A stretch of 64,000 nt of DNA from Spirochaetia bacterium (GCA_965198005.1 CBDAOI010000004.1:192001-256000); one strand, 5' to 3'; positions 44,667 to 56,153 are shown, counted from the stretch's first letter. The notes: a model not told the origin generated them from the letters alone. Numbers and translations: made by a program.

Positions 44667-45629
44667 CTATCCGGTCACGACGTTGCGCGGTGTCCCCTCC
44701 AGAAACGCGATCACGTTCTCGATCGCACCCTGGTTGAGCAGCTCGACGCCCTCGGGGGTCATGTCGGCGGCGTGCGGCGTCAGCACCACGCGCTCGCACC
44801 GCACTAGGGGGTCGTCCGGCGCCGGCGGCTCCTGCTCGAAGACGTCGACCGCCGCGCCGCCGAGGGTGCCGCGCTTGAGCGCGGCCGCCAGCGCTGCCCC
44901 GTCGACCAGTCCCGCGCGCGCAGTGTTGATCAGCAGCGCGCCGGGCTTCATCATGGCCAGTTGCCGCGCCCCGATGATGCTCCGGGACTGTTCACTCAGG
45001 CGGAGGTGCAGGCTGACCACGTCGCTTGCGGCCAGCAGTTCGTCCAGTTCCACGTAGCGCACGCCCAGCCGCGCCGCCCGCTCGGGGTGCGGCGCGAAGG
45101 TCCAGGCCATCACCTCCATGCCGACCGCATTGCCCAGGCGCGCCATCTCGGCGCCGGTGTCGCCGGTGCCGACGATGCCCAGCCGCTTGCCTTGCAGATA
45201 GACGCCGTCGGTGCGCGGCCAGTCGCCGGCGCGGATCCGGACGGTGTGATAGGCGGCGTGCTTGGCCAGCGCGAACATCAGCCCGAAGGCGTGCTCGGCC
45301 ACCACCGGCGCGGTGCGCCCCGGCTGATTGCTCACGACCACGCCGCACCGGTGCGCCGCCTGCAGGTCGATCATGTCGGTGCCGATCGAGCAGGTGGCGA
45401 TGAGGCGCAGCTCAGGCAGGCGCCGCAGCACCTCCGCCGGCCAGCGCACGGCCCCGCGGGAGTTGATCACGATCTGCGCCCCGTCGGCGCGGGCCACCAG
45501 CTCGGCGGCGCTCTGCGGCCGGTCGCGGAACACGAGCACCTCGTCGATCTCGGCGCGTGCGCGCAGCTTCTCGAGCTGGGATGACTCCTGGATCTGCGGC
45601 GGATCGTCACCGGGAACGACAACGCGCAT
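44667..45629 (-). CDS. D-isomer-specific 2-hydroxyacid dehydrogenase (SerA-like)
   Basis: GIVGTGDTG, DVVSLH, LINTAR, DVFEQEP, LTPH. Confidence 0.9.
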   Translation of the reverse strand: MRVVVPGDDPPQIQESSQLEKLRARAEIDEVLVFRDRPQSAAELVARADGAQIVINSRGAVRWPAEVLRRLPELRLIATCSIGTDMIDLQAAHRCGVVVSNQPGRTAPVVAEHAFGLMFALAKHAAYHTVRIRAGDWPRTDGVYLQGKRLGIVGTGDTGAEMARLGNAVGMEVMAWTFAPHPERAARLGVRYVELDELLAASDVVSLHLRLSEQSRSIIGARQLAMMKPGALLINTARAGLVDGAALAAALKRGTLGGAAVDVFEQEPPAPDDPLVRCERVVLTPHAADMTPEGVELLNQGAIENVIAFLEGTPRNVVTG

Positions 45630-45663
45630 CACGCGCCAACGCTCGCGCAGCGGCTGGTTTCCG

Positions 45664-46185
45664 TCAACCGGCTTCGTCCGGCGCGCCCTGCGTGTCCGCG
45701 CCACGGCAGGGAGCGGTCATCGCCACCACGACACCGGTGATGTCCCGGAACGCGCCGTGCTCACGCCACAGCACGTAGTGGAAGTGCAGGAAGGCGACCG
45801 CCACCAGGGTGCCGTGCAGGAAGCGGGGCACGGCGCGGGCGGCCACGGCGCCGCCGAGCACCGCCTGCACCAGGAACAGCAGGATGTTGAGGTAGATCTG
45901 GCCGGACACCGCCCCCCGGATGGCGCGCGCCCGGGCGCTGAGGTCCGGGCCCGGCGGCGGCTCGGGCCGCGCCTCCAGGTATTCGCGGATGTTGGTGGCG
46001 GTGCCCACGAAGAAGAAGATGGTGAGGGTCTGGGTGAACAGGTAGATGATCGAGGTCAGAAACGCGAAGGTGGGGTGCGGGGCGCCGAACACGGCAAACC
46101 CGAAGATCCCCTGCAGGCCGCTGAGCAGAAACAGCACGTAGGTGAGCGCCCCCATCAGATAGCAGACGTACATGAACAGCCACAT
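45664..46185 (-). CDS. Four-TM membrane protein with His residues
   Basis: Hydrophobic helices; co-oriented with the ferredoxin genes. Confidence 0.65.
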   Translation of the reverse strand: MWLFMYVCYLMGALTYVLFLLSGLQGIFGFAVFGAPHPTFAFLTSIIYLFTQTLTIFFFVGTATNIREYLEARPEPPPGPDLSARARAIRGAVSGQIYLNILLFLVQAVLGGAVAARAVPRFLHGTLVAVAFLHFHYVLWREHGAFRDITGVVVAMTAPCRGADTQGAPDEAG

Positions 46186-46250
46186 TGGAGTTGCTCGGGA
46201 TGGCGGGCGGCAGCCGGCGGTGCGCCTGACGGCCGGTGCCGCCTCAGGCG

Positions 46251-46586
46251 TCAGGCGTCGATGCCAATGCCGTACTGGGCTTCGAACTCGGCGGTCGGCA
46301 GCATCCGGATCGCGTCCCAGGTGAGCTGCGTGCACACCCGGGCGCAGATCTGGCAGCCGATGCACTCGTTGAAGCGAATCTGCACCGGCGGGATCGGACG
46401 ATTGTCGTAGACCTCCTGCTCCACCGCCTGGATACAGTCGACCGGGCAGAACGGCACGCACACCTGACAGCCGGTGCAGCTGTCCTCATCCACCACCGCC
46501 ATCAGCTTGGGCTTGCGCTTCTTGGTCTGCATGGCCTTGGGCAACTCGGGGATCGATTTGTAGAAATTCTGCCGCACTTTGGCCAT
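46251..46586 (-). CDS. 4Fe-4S dicluster ferredoxin
   Basis: CTGCQVCVPFCP and CIGCQICARVC. Confidence 0.9.
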   Translation of the reverse strand: MAKVRQNFYKSIPELPKAMQTKKRKPKLMAVVDEDSCTGCQVCVPFCPVDCIQAVEQEVYDNRPIPPVQIRFNECIGCQICARVCTQLTWDAIRMLPTAEFEAQYGIGIDA

Positions 46587-46626
46587 GTCGTACTAAACCT
46601 CGGTCAACGTTCGTCCGCCAGCGCCG

Positions 46627-46881
46627 CTACTTGAAGTACTCGGCGTTGATCTCAGCGAAGTGAGCCCACTTGTCCGGGAGCTCGCTCTCCTCGAAGATGG
46701 CGTCCACCGGACACTCCGGTACGCACGCCGCACAGTCGATGCACTCGTCGGGATCGATGTAGAGCTGTTTGTCCGCCGGCTCATCGTACCCTTCCACCGG
46801 GTGGATGCAGTCCACGGGGCAGACCTCCACGCAGGAGGTGTCACAGGTACCGATGCACGGCTCAGCGATGATATATGCCAT
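46627..46881 (-). CDS. Ferredoxin (FdxA-like)
   Basis: CIGTCDTSCVEVCPVDCI; CIDCAACVPECP. Confidence 0.92.
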   Translation of the reverse strand: MAYIIAEPCIGTCDTSCVEVCPVDCIHPVEGYDEPADKQLYIDPDECIDCAACVPECPVDAIFEESELPDKWAHFAEINAEYFK

Positions 46882-46940
46882 GGGTGAAAACTAATCTAAC
46901 GAACGGCGCGGGTTTGTCAAGCGGTACTTGAGCAGTGATC

Positions 46941-47972
46941 ATGGGAACCATGCCGACTCCCCCGCCGGTACGCTTCTACGCCCATCCGCTGTGCGCCGGC
47001 CATGAGGCCGGCCCCGGCCACCCGGAGCGGCCGCAGCGCATGGCCGCGGTCGCCGCGGCGCTGGCGCGCGCCGACCTCACGGACCGGCTGCAGGTGTGCC
47101 AGCCGGCGCCCGCCCCGCGCGCCGCCCTGGAACGGGTGCACGCCGCCTCCTACGTGGAGCTGATCCTGGGCCTGCGCGGCCACAGCCGCCGTCTGGACGC
47201 CGACACCAGCGTCGGGCCCGGCAGCGTGGCGGCCGCGCTGCATGCCGCCGGCGCCGCCCTCGAAGCGACCGCGGCGGTGCTCGGCGGCGCCGCGCGCACC
47301 GCGTTCTGCGCCGTACGTCCGCCGGGGCACCACGCCGAGCGCGACCGCGCGATGGGGTTCTGCCTGTTCAACAACGTGGCGGTGGCGGCCGCCGCCGCGC
47401 TCGCCGGCACGCTGCCGGCGCCCAATCCCGGTGCCGCGACCCCTCCCGCCGCCACTCCGCCCGGCCGCGCCTCCACGCCGGTGCAACGGGTGCTGATCTT
47501 CGATCCCGACGTCCACCACGGCAACGGCACCCAGCACGTCTTCTACGCCTCCGCCGCGGTGCACTACGTCTCCATCCACCAGTACCCGTTCTATCCCGGC
47601 ACCGGTGCGGCGCGCGAACGCGGCGTCGGTGCGGGGGCCGGCTACACCCTGAACGTGCCGCTGCCCGCCGGATCCGGCGACGACGAGTATCTCGCCGCGA
47701 CCGAGCGACTGGTCCTGCCGGAGGTGCGGGCGTTCGCCCCGCAACTGGTCATCTTCTCGGCCGGCTTCGACGCCCACCGGCGCGATCCGCTGGCGATGAT
47801 GCGGGTTACCACCGCCGGCTTCATGAGCATGTACCGGCTGCTGCTGGACGAGCTGGACCGGTCCCGGATCCCGCACCTGTTCGTGCTGGAAGGCGGGTAC
47901 AGCCTGCCGGCCCTGGAAGAGTGCGCCGCCGCCCTGCTCACCGAGCTGACCGACCGGTACGCGCCGCGGTGA
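46941..47972 (+). CDS. Zn-dependent deacetylase (HDAC/AcuC family)
   Basis: HPERPQR, RPPGHHA, GFCLFNN, DVHHGNGT, SAGFD, LEGGY. Confidence 0.92.
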   Translation: MGTMPTPPPVRFYAHPLCAGHEAGPGHPERPQRMAAVAAALARADLTDRLQVCQPAPAPRAALERVHAASYVELILGLRGHSRRLDADTSVGPGSVAAALHAAGAALEATAAVLGGAARTAFCAVRPPGHHAERDRAMGFCLFNNVAVAAAAALAGTLPAPNPGAATPPAATPPGRASTPVQRVLIFDPDVHHGNGTQHVFYASAAVHYVSIHQYPFYPGTGAARERGVGAGAGYTLNVPLPAGSGDDEYLAATERLVLPEVRAFAPQLVIFSAGFDAHRRDPLAMMRVTTAGFMSMYRLLLDELDRSRIPHLFVLEGGYSLPALEECAAALLTELTDRYAPR

Positions 47973-48002
47973 CGTCGAGGCGGGACTGCCGCGCGCTCAC
48001 GG

Positions 48003-48431
48003 TCACCAGCCGAACTCCGAGTAGGGGCGGCCGGCCAGGGCCAGGATGATGGCCTGACGGACGTAGGGAATGGTGTTGGCCGGCAGCGCGGCGGTGGAAA
48101 ACCAGCGCAGGTCGTCGCACTTGTGCGGTTCCCGGTTGCGCGGCGCTCCCGACCACCTGCGGCAGCGGAAGAAAAAGCCGACGCTCTCGCGGTCGGAGCG
48201 CCGGTGCATGACGTGGCACAGCTCCAGCGCGCCGGGCGAGATCACGATACCCGCCTCTTCGTGCGCCTCCCGGATCAGCGCGCGCGAGGCCGGCTCGTTG
48301 CCGTCGACGTGGCCGGCGACGACACTGTAATTGCCGTCCTCGTAGCCGGTTCCGTACCGCCGCAGCATCAGGATGCGGTCCCGGTCCAGCAACAGCAGGT
48401 AGACCTCGGGAACGAGTCGAAACCGCAGCAT
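48003..48431 (-). CDS. NUDIX hydrolase
   Basis: AGHVDGNE...LIREAHEEAG; NREPHKC. Confidence 0.88.
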   Translation of the reverse strand: MLRFRLVPEVYLLLLDRDRILMLRRYGTGYEDGNYSVVAGHVDGNEPASRALIREAHEEAGIVISPGALELCHVMHRRSDRESVGFFFRCRRWSGAPRNREPHKCDDLRWFSTAALPANTIPYVRQAIILALAGRPYSEFGW

Positions 48432-48574
48432 GCGCCATGCTACCCCGCGGCCAGCCGCCGCGGCACCCATCGCGCCGAGCTGGCCGCGGCCGCCGCGGGT
48501 TGCGTCCGCGGGGTCCGCGGGTCCGCGGGTGCCCGGTGTTGATGATGGCGCGGCATCTCCGTAGACTGCCGGGG

Positions 48575-49549
48575 ATGGACCCCGCCGACCAGCGGCCCGA
48601 GGTATCGGTGCCCGACCACAGTGGCAACGGCACGCCGCCCCCGGACAGCGTCAGGCCCGGCGCCAACGGCGCCCCGCCCGAGGCTGCCTCCGCGCAGCAG
48701 CCCGAGCAGCGTTCGTTCATCAGCGTCATCATCCATTCCTTCTTCATCATTCCGTTTCTGATCGCGGTGTTCGCCGGGCTGCTGGTGGTCACCTGGCGCA
48801 TCCTGACCAATGAGCCGCAGACGGTGTACGACTACATTGCCGACGTGAAGGTGGGCGGCGCCACCAAGCGCTGGCAGGCGGCGTTCGAGCTGTCCAAGCT
48901 TCTGGCCGACCCGGAGCGGGTCCCGCAGGAGCGGCGGTTCGTGGCGGAAATGCTGGGAGTGTTCGAGGCGGCCGAGCGCGACGACCCGCGCGTGCGCCAG
49001 TACCTGGCGCTGGCCATGGCGCGTGCCGGGCACGAGGCGTTCATCGAGCCGCTCGCGGTCGCGGTCGCGGAGGAGTCGGACGGGACCCGGTTCATGCTGC
49101 TGGTGGCGCTCGGGCTGTTCGGCGCCGGCGAGGTGCTGCCGGCGGTGGCGCCGTATCTGAACGACACCTCGGCGCGGGTGCGCTCGGGGGCCGCCACCGC
49201 CCTGGGACTGGCCGGGAATCCGGCGGCGGTCGCCCCGCTGCAGCGGGCGTTGCACGATCCCGAGCCCGCGGTGACCTGGGACGCGGCCCTGGCGCTGGCG
49301 CGGTTGGGCGATCTGAGCGGCAAGGAGATACTGCTCGAGCTGCTCGAGCGCGACTACCTGCAGACCTTCCCGAACGTGGACGACCGCGACGGCAACCTGC
49401 TCATGGCGACGGTGATCGAGGTGACTGCGCCGCTGGGCGATCCCGACCTGGAGGCGCGCATCGCCACCCTGGCGCGGGAGGATGCAAGTTTGAACGTAAG
49501 AAGAATTGCACAGCAGGCCGTAAGTGATTATGGTAAGCGCGGAAGGTGA
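48575..49549 (+). CDS. Membrane-anchored HEAT-repeat protein
   Basis: One TM helix, then repeats such as VRSGAATALG and VTWDAALALARLG. Confidence 0.8.
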   Translation: MDPADQRPEVSVPDHSGNGTPPPDSVRPGANGAPPEAASAQQPEQRSFISVIIHSFFIIPFLIAVFAGLLVVTWRILTNEPQTVYDYIADVKVGGATKRWQAAFELSKLLADPERVPQERRFVAEMLGVFEAAERDDPRVRQYLALAMARAGHEAFIEPLAVAVAEESDGTRFMLLVALGLFGAGEVLPAVAPYLNDTSARVRSGAATALGLAGNPAAVAPLQRALHDPEPAVTWDAALALARLGDLSGKEILLELLERDYLQTFPNVDDRDGNLLMATVIEVTAPLGDPDLEARIATLAREDASLNVRRIAQQAVSDYGKRGR

Positions 49550-49610
49550 CCTACCGGGCGGCCCGGCAACCACCGGGGCCGCGAGTGTCCACGAGCATGA
49601 GTAGAGGAAG

Positions 49611-50417
49611 ATGAGCCAGGAAGACGCGAAAGCCGGCGAAGCGCCGCAAGCGGCAGGCCCGGCCGGCGGATCCGAGGAGCAACCGGCCGCGGCCGTGGCC
49701 GGAACGCCCGAGGCCGCGGAGCGGGCCCCCCGGTCCTCCCGAGCAGCCGCGGCCGGGGAGGGCGCTGCAGCCCCCGGCGGCGTGGCGGGCGGCGCGGCGG
49801 GACGGCCACCGGCTCGTGCGGCCGGCCGTAGTGCGCGCGCGGCCCGCGCCGGTGCCGCCGGCGCCCGCTCCACCGCAGCCGTGAGCGCGCGCCCCGGCGC
49901 CGCCGGGGCCGTGGCTGCGGCCGGCACCGGTGACGTGTCGCGGCGCGGCTTCCTGTCCTGGATCACCGCCGGCTGGCTGGCGTTCGGGGCGCTGACCGCC
50001 GGCACCCTGATCGGGACGGTGCGTTTCCTGTTTCCCAACGTGCTGTTCGAGCCGCCGCAGACCTTCCGCGCCGGGTTCCCCGAGGAGTACACCGTGGGCG
50101 ACGTGTCGACCCGGTTCAAGGACCAGTTCGCCGTGTGGATCGTGCGTACGCCGACCGAGATCTACGTCCTGTCGACCGTCTGCACCCACCTCGGCTGCAC
50201 CCCCAACTGGCTGTCCGGCGAGCAGAAGTTCAAGTGCCCGTGCCACGGCAGCGGGTTCCGCAAGACCGGCATCAACTTCGAGGGCCCGGCGCCGCGGCCG
50301 CTGGAGCGCTACCGCGTGACCATGGCCGACGACGGTCAGATCCTGGTCGACAAGACCCGCAAATACCAGTGGGAGAAGGACGAGTGGAGCGACCCCGAGT
50401 CGTTCCTGGCCGTGTAG
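49611..50417 (+). CDS. Rieske iron-sulfur subunit
   Basis: Tat motif SRRGFL; CTHLGC and CPCHGS; GPAPRPL. Confidence 0.94.
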   Translation: MSQEDAKAGEAPQAAGPAGGSEEQPAAAVAGTPEAAERAPRSSRAAAAGEGAAAPGGVAGGAAGRPPARAAGRSARAARAGAAGARSTAAVSARPGAAGAVAAAGTGDVSRRGFLSWITAGWLAFGALTAGTLIGTVRFLFPNVLFEPPQTFRAGFPEEYTVGDVSTRFKDQFAVWIVRTPTEIYVLSTVCTHLGCTPNWLSGEQKFKCPCHGSGFRKTGINFEGPAPRPLERYRVTMADDGQILVDKTRKYQWEKDEWSDPESFLAV

Positions 50418-50455
50418 CGAGCGCAGCATGACGAACACGAGGAGCAAGGCGATCG

Positions 50456-51301
<846 letters not shown>

Positions 51302-51328
51302 AGCGCACCGGGACGCAGGCGTAAGGCG

Positions 51329-52435
51329 ATGCTCAAACAATTCTTCAACTGGGTCTCCAACCCCGCCGTTCTGTTCACGATCTTCATCGTCGGGTTCTTC
51401 TTCGTCTTTCCGCCCGGCGGCAAGCTGTACAAGCTCAACCGCCGCCTGAAGCTCGACCTGCTGTGGACGCCGGCGGGCGGCATCGTGTTCTTCGGGCTGC
51501 TGGCGATCTTCTTCCTGTGGGGCATCACCGACGCCAACTTCCGCCTCATCGTGTTCAAGCCGGACAACATCCCGATCACGGCGCTGCTGTTTCTGGTGCC
51601 GTTCTTCCTCTGGCACTCCATGAAGCAGGCGCGCGAGAACGACCTGCGCGCCGAAAAGGGCGAGCCGCCGCAGGAGGCGCTGGACAACGAGAAGGTGCTG
51701 GTGTGGCCCGACTTGGTGTACGTCGAGTTCATCTCGCTGATCCTGTCGATGGCGCTGATGATCGTCTGGTCGCTGTTCCTCAAGGCGCCGCTGGAGGAGC
51801 CGGCCAACCCGACCGTGTCGCCCAACCCGTCCAAGGCGCCGTGGTACTTCCTCGGCTTGCAGGAGATGCTGGTCTACTACGACCCGTGGCTGGCGGGGGT
51901 GGTGTTGCCGACCCTGATCATCGTCGGGCTGATCGCCATCCCCTACATGGACGTCAACGCCGGCGGCCAGGGGTACTACAGCTACAAGCCGCGCATGAAG
52001 TCGATCAGCATCTTTCTGTTCGGCTTCGTGGTGATGTGGATCTTTCTGATCCTGGTGGGCACCTTCCTGCGCGGCCCCAACTGGAATTTCTTTGGACCAT
52101 TCGAATTCTGGGATCCCAACAAGCGCGAGGTGTTGAACAACGTCAACCTCTCCGAGTACGTCTACATCTTTCTGCTACGCACCGGCTTACCTGAAAATAT
52201 TCTGGTGCGCGAGCTGTTCGGGATTCTGTTGATCCTGGGGTACTTCGCCATCGTCCCGGGGCTGCTGGCGCAGACCGCCTTCAAGCGGCTGTTCCAGCGT
52301 CTGGGGGTGGTACGCTACAGCTTCTTCATCGTGTTGCTGCTGATGGGGCTGGCGCTGCCGATCAAGATGTATACGCGCTGGCTGTTCAACCTGAAGTACA
52401 TCGTCTCGATCCCGGAATTCTTCTTGAACGTATAA
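51329..52435 (+). CDS. Cytochrome b C-terminal / subunit IV-like protein, extended
   Basis: VWPDLVY...PLEEPANP...KAPWYFLGLQE. Confidence 0.88.
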   Translation: MLKQFFNWVSNPAVLFTIFIVGFFFVFPPGGKLYKLNRRLKLDLLWTPAGGIVFFGLLAIFFLWGITDANFRLIVFKPDNIPITALLFLVPFFLWHSMKQARENDLRAEKGEPPQEALDNEKVLVWPDLVYVEFISLILSMALMIVWSLFLKAPLEEPANPTVSPNPSKAPWYFLGLQEMLVYYDPWLAGVVLPTLIIVGLIAIPYMDVNAGGQGYYSYKPRMKSISIFLFGFVVMWIFLILVGTFLRGPNWNFFGPFEFWDPNKREVLNNVNLSEYVYIFLLRTGLPENILVRELFGILLILGYFAIVPGLLAQTAFKRLFQRLGVVRYSFFIVLLLMGLALPIKMYTRWLFNLKYIVSIPEFFLNV

Positions 52436-55363
52436 ATGGCAGTCCGTCCTCAACCACCGCCGCCGCCGGAAGAGCGGCACTACAAGATCGGGACCCTCAA
52501 CAAGTGGTTCGCGATCGGCAGCATCGTGCTGCTGATCACCATCATCGCCTCGTTCGCGCAGGATTACGGGCGCGAGTGGAAGCGCTGGCAGCGGCAGTTC
52601 CGGCGCATCGACCGCGAGGTCACGCGCGGCGCGTACGACGAGATGGCGGCCGAGATGGCGAACAGCGCGGCCACGGCGCGGGCGCGCGAGCAGGTAGCCG
52701 CCGCCGAGGAGGCGCTGCAGGCGCGCCAGGACGACGTGCGCGCCGCCGAACGCGAGGTGGACCGCCTGCAGGCGCGGTTCGACGTGGCCAACTCCCGCTT
52801 CCAGAACGTGAAGGCGCAGATGGAGCGCGCCCGTTATCGCGACGAGCAGGCCGCGGCCGGCACCGAGGGGCTGGGCCTGCGGCGCGAACGCACCTCCGGC
52901 GAGCTGGAGCGCTGGCAGACCGAGTTCGCCGGCGCTTCGGTGGCGCAGGAGGAGGCGCAGCTCGCCCTGGAGCAGGCGCAGGCGGCGTTGCAGGGTTTCG
53001 AGGACGAGGTGCGCGCGGCGCGGCGGGCGCGCGATGAGGAGTCGCGCGAGGCCGACCTGTTGATGCGGCGCCTGGTGCGGATGGACCCGGAGTTCTCGCC
53101 CATGGGCGTGAAGATCGCCAACATTATCCGCGACCTGCCGATTCTGGATCTGTCGCAGCCGACGCTGAAGGTGGAGCAGGTGGTCCTGCCCGACGTCAAG
53201 GAGAACCTCAACTTCGTCCAGGTGCCGCGCGTGGACCGGTGCGTGACCTGTCACCTGGGGGTGGACCGCGCCGACCTGGCCGGGATCGAGAACCCGCACG
53301 GGGCGCACCCGCGGCTGGCGCTGTTCGTGGCCAGCGATTCGCCCCATCCGCTGGAGGAGTTCGGCTGCACGAGCTGCCACGGCGGGCGCGGCCGCGCCAC
53401 CGACTTCGTGGGCACGGTGCACCGCCCCGACTCCGAGGAGCAGCTCCACGACTGGGAACGCCGCCTCGGCTGGGAGGAGTACCACCTGTGGGAGGAGCCG
53501 ATGCATCCGCTGCGCTATGCGGAGGCGGGCTGCTTCCAGTGCCACAGCGGCCAGGCGCAGATCCGCGGCGCCGAGAAGCTCAGCTACGGCCTGCACCTGA
53601 TCGAGCAGGCGGGGTGCTACTCGTGTCACGAGATCGCGAGCTTCGCCGGCCATCCGCAGCGCGGCCCCAGCCTGCGCAGCGTGGCGGACAAGCTCTCCCC
53701 CGAATTCGCGTTCCAGTGGATCAAGGACCCCGCCGGGTTCCGCTCCCAGACCTGGATGCCGGCCTACTTCGGCCAGAGCAACAACAGCGACCCCGTGGCC
53801 ATGGCGCGCGCTGATCAGGAAGTGCATGCCATCGTCGCCTACCTGTTCGCCAACAGCACCGAGTATGCAAGGGAGGAAATTCCGGTGGCCGGAGACCCGG
53901 TACGCGGCGAAGAGCTGGTGGCGTCGGTGGGCTGCATGGCGTGTCACGAGACACCGGACGAGACCACCGGCGCCACCGGGCGTACGGTCACCAGCCAGCA
54001 GGAGTTGCGCCGCCAGTTCGGTCCCAACTTCCAGGGGCTGGGCAGCAAGACCTCGGCGCAGTGGGTCTACAACTGGCTCAAGGATCCCTCCCGCTACCAT
54101 CCCGGAACCCGCATGCCCAGCCTGCGGCTGGCCGATCAGGAAGCGGCCGACATCACCGCCTACCTGACGGGCTCCACCGACGCGGCGTTCGCGGGGCGGC
54201 CGGTGCCGGCGGTGGACGAGGCGGTGATCGACCGGATCGCGCTCGACTTCCTGTCCAACACGGCGCCGATGATTACCGCTCAGGACCAGCTCGCGGCCAT
54301 GAACCGCGGAGAGAAGCTGGAGTACGCCGGCGAACGGCTGATCTCCCACTACGGCTGCTTCGCGTGCCACGACATCGCCGGCTTCGAGGACGCGCAGCCG
54401 ATTGGGACCGCGCTCACCGACATCGGCCGCAAGGCCCTGCATCAGTTCGACTACGGCTTTCTCGGCGACCGGATCGAGCACAGCCGTACCTCGTGGTGGA
54501 CGGCCAAGTTGACCGACCCGCGGGTGTTCGACCTGCACCGCGACCTGGAGCCGCTGCAGCAGAGCCGGATGCCCGACTTCCGCCTCACCGACCAGCAGGT
54601 GGAGGCGATGGTCACGGCGCTGGCCGGCTTCGTGGAGCTCGACCCGAACGTCACCAGGATCGTGCCGCGCACGCCGCGCGACCTGCGCCTAGAGACGGGG
54701 CAGCACCTGGTGCGGCAAATGAACTGCCAGGGCTGCCACGTGATCGAGGGCGAGGGCGGCGCGGTGGTGGCGCAGGTGGCCGACTGGCTGGAACGGTTCG
54801 GGGGACGCTCCAGCGCCGATGCCGAGACCCTGGCGCCCAGCTTCGCGCCGCCCGACCTGCTGGGCGAGGGGCGCAAGGTGCAGACCGACTGGCTGTTCGC
54901 GTTTTTCCACCAGCCGTCGCCGATCCGGCCGTGGCTGCGCATGCGCATGCCCAGCTACGGCATGAGCGCCGAGCGCCGCAACGCGCTGATCGCCTACTTC
55001 ACGGCGCTGGACGACGCGGCCTATCCGTTCGCCGAGCAGGTGCAGCCGGAGCTGACGCAGGAGGAACTGGACGCGGCCCTGACCATGTTCTCGCCCAACT
55101 ACTTCAACTGCACCACCTGCCACATCCAGGGCGACCAGGTCCCGCCCGGCACCCCGGACCGCTGGGCGCCCGACTTCGCGCTGGCGTCGCAGCGGCTGCG
55201 TCCCGACTGGATCATCGACTGGCTGGCCGACCCGCAGTCGCTGATGCCCGGCACCCGCATGCCCGCGTTCTACCCGCTCGGCGCACCCGGCGTGCTCGAC
55301 AGCGACACCGCCCACCAGCTCGAAGTCCTGCGCGACTACCTGCTGACCCTGGGGTCACCCTGA
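52436..55363 (+). CDS. Membrane-anchored multiheme cytochrome c (8 CxxCH) with coiled coil
   Basis: CVTCH, CTSCH, CFQCH, CYSCH, CMACH, CFACH, CQGCH, CTTCH. Confidence 0.92.
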   Translation: MAVRPQPPPPPEERHYKIGTLNKWFAIGSIVLLITIIASFAQDYGREWKRWQRQFRRIDREVTRGAYDEMAAEMANSAATARAREQVAAAEEALQARQDDVRAAEREVDRLQARFDVANSRFQNVKAQMERARYRDEQAAAGTEGLGLRRERTSGELERWQTEFAGASVAQEEAQLALEQAQAALQGFEDEVRAARRARDEESREADLLMRRLVRMDPEFSPMGVKIANIIRDLPILDLSQPTLKVEQVVLPDVKENLNFVQVPRVDRCVTCHLGVDRADLAGIENPHGAHPRLALFVASDSPHPLEEFGCTSCHGGRGRATDFVGTVHRPDSEEQLHDWERRLGWEEYHLWEEPMHPLRYAEAGCFQCHSGQAQIRGAEKLSYGLHLIEQAGCYSCHEIASFAGHPQRGPSLRSVADKLSPEFAFQWIKDPAGFRSQTWMPAYFGQSNNSDPVAMARADQEVHAIVAYLFANSTEYAREEIPVAGDPVRGEELVASVGCMACHETPDETTGATGRTVTSQQELRRQFGPNFQGLGSKTSAQWVYNWLKDPSRYHPGTRMPSLRLADQEAADITAYLTGSTDAAFAGRPVPAVDEAVIDRIALDFLSNTAPMITAQDQLAAMNRGEKLEYAGERLISHYGCFACHDIAGFEDAQPIGTALTDIGRKALHQFDYGFLGDRIEHSRTSWWTAKLTDPRVFDLHRDLEPLQQSRMPDFRLTDQQVEAMVTALAGFVELDPNVTRIVPRTPRDLRLETGQHLVRQMNCQGCHVIEGEGGAVVAQVADWLERFGGRSSADAETLAPSFAPPDLLGEGRKVQTDWLFAFFHQPSPIRPWLRMRMPSYGMSAERRNALIAYFTALDDAAYPFAEQVQPELTQEELDAALTMFSPNYFNCTTCHIQGDQVPPGTPDRWAPDFALASQRLRPDWIIDWLADPQSLMPGTRMPAFYPLGAPGVLDSDTAHQLEVLRDYLLTLGSP

Positions 55364-55364
55364 C

Positions 55365-56153
55365 ATGCCGACCTTCGAACAGGGCTTCGCCGCGGTCGAA
55401 GCGGCCGCCGAGGCGGCGGAGGCCGCCGCCAAGAAGTTGGCCGCTACCGCCCGAAGGTTGCGGAGAGCAGCTCAGGAGGGAGCCATTGGCAAGATTCGGC
55501 GTGAGGGTGAGCAGTTCGTCGACGCGCTGGCTACGGCCGGCGAGACGGTAACCGGTGCGACGGCGAGCTGGCCATTCGCAGAGCCCGAGGAGACGGCCTA
55601 TCTGAACGAGCGATACGCAGACGAATTGCGTGGCGCGGCCGCGGCAGTCGGGCTTGATGTCAGCCTCCGTGACGATGCGCTCGTATGTTCGCCGTCCATT
55701 ATCCGACTGCTTCCTGCAGATCGCGCGCTGAAAGTCGACGGCAAGAAGCGCGCGGCCATTCGCCCATCGAGGCTGGTCGCAGATCTGCGTGCGATTCAGC
55801 AACGGATGCGGCCAAAGAGCGACGCCCAACACCAGCGCTTTCTGGAGGCGTTGTACAAGGCGTCAAAGGTAATCCGGGGCAAGTCGACGGATTCCCTGTT
55901 CGACGCCACTCGCGTCGTTTCGCTCGCAGACGTGTACGCGGTGTTTACGTCGCTGCCGGGGAGCAGCTTGCAGTACACGAAGACCGATTTTGCGCGCGAT
56001 ATCTACTTGTTGGACAGCTCATCGATCGCAAGGACCAAATCAGGATCACAAGTGAGCTTCACGGGCTCGGTCAGACAGAGTTCCGGGATCTTCTCGTTCG
56101 TTGACGCCAACGGCAACGTAATCCGCTATTATGGCGTGCAGTTTACGGAGTAA
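55365..56153 (+). CDS. Hypothetical protein (N-terminal helical/coiled region, possible C-terminal winged helix)
   Basis: 262-aa intact ORF; first gene of a tightly spaced trio. Confidence 0.75.
   Translation: MPTFEQGFAAVEAAAEAAEAAAKKLAATARRLRRAAQEGAIGKIRREGEQFVDALATAGETVTGATASWPFAEPEETAYLNERYADELRGAAAAVGLDVSLRDDALVCSPSIIRLLPADRALKVDGKKRAAIRPSRLVADLRAIQQRMRPKSDAQHQRFLEALYKASKVIRGKSTDSLFDATRVVSLADVYAVFTSLPGSSLQYTKTDFARDIYLLDSSSIARTKSGSQVSFTGSVRQSSGIFSFVDANGNVIRYYGVQFTE

Noticed and set aside
46941-47972. Functional link between the HDAC-family gene and the histone gene
   Set aside because: They are 15 kb apart, and bacterial HDAC-family enzymes are widespread with non-histone substrates; no sequence evidence of a link
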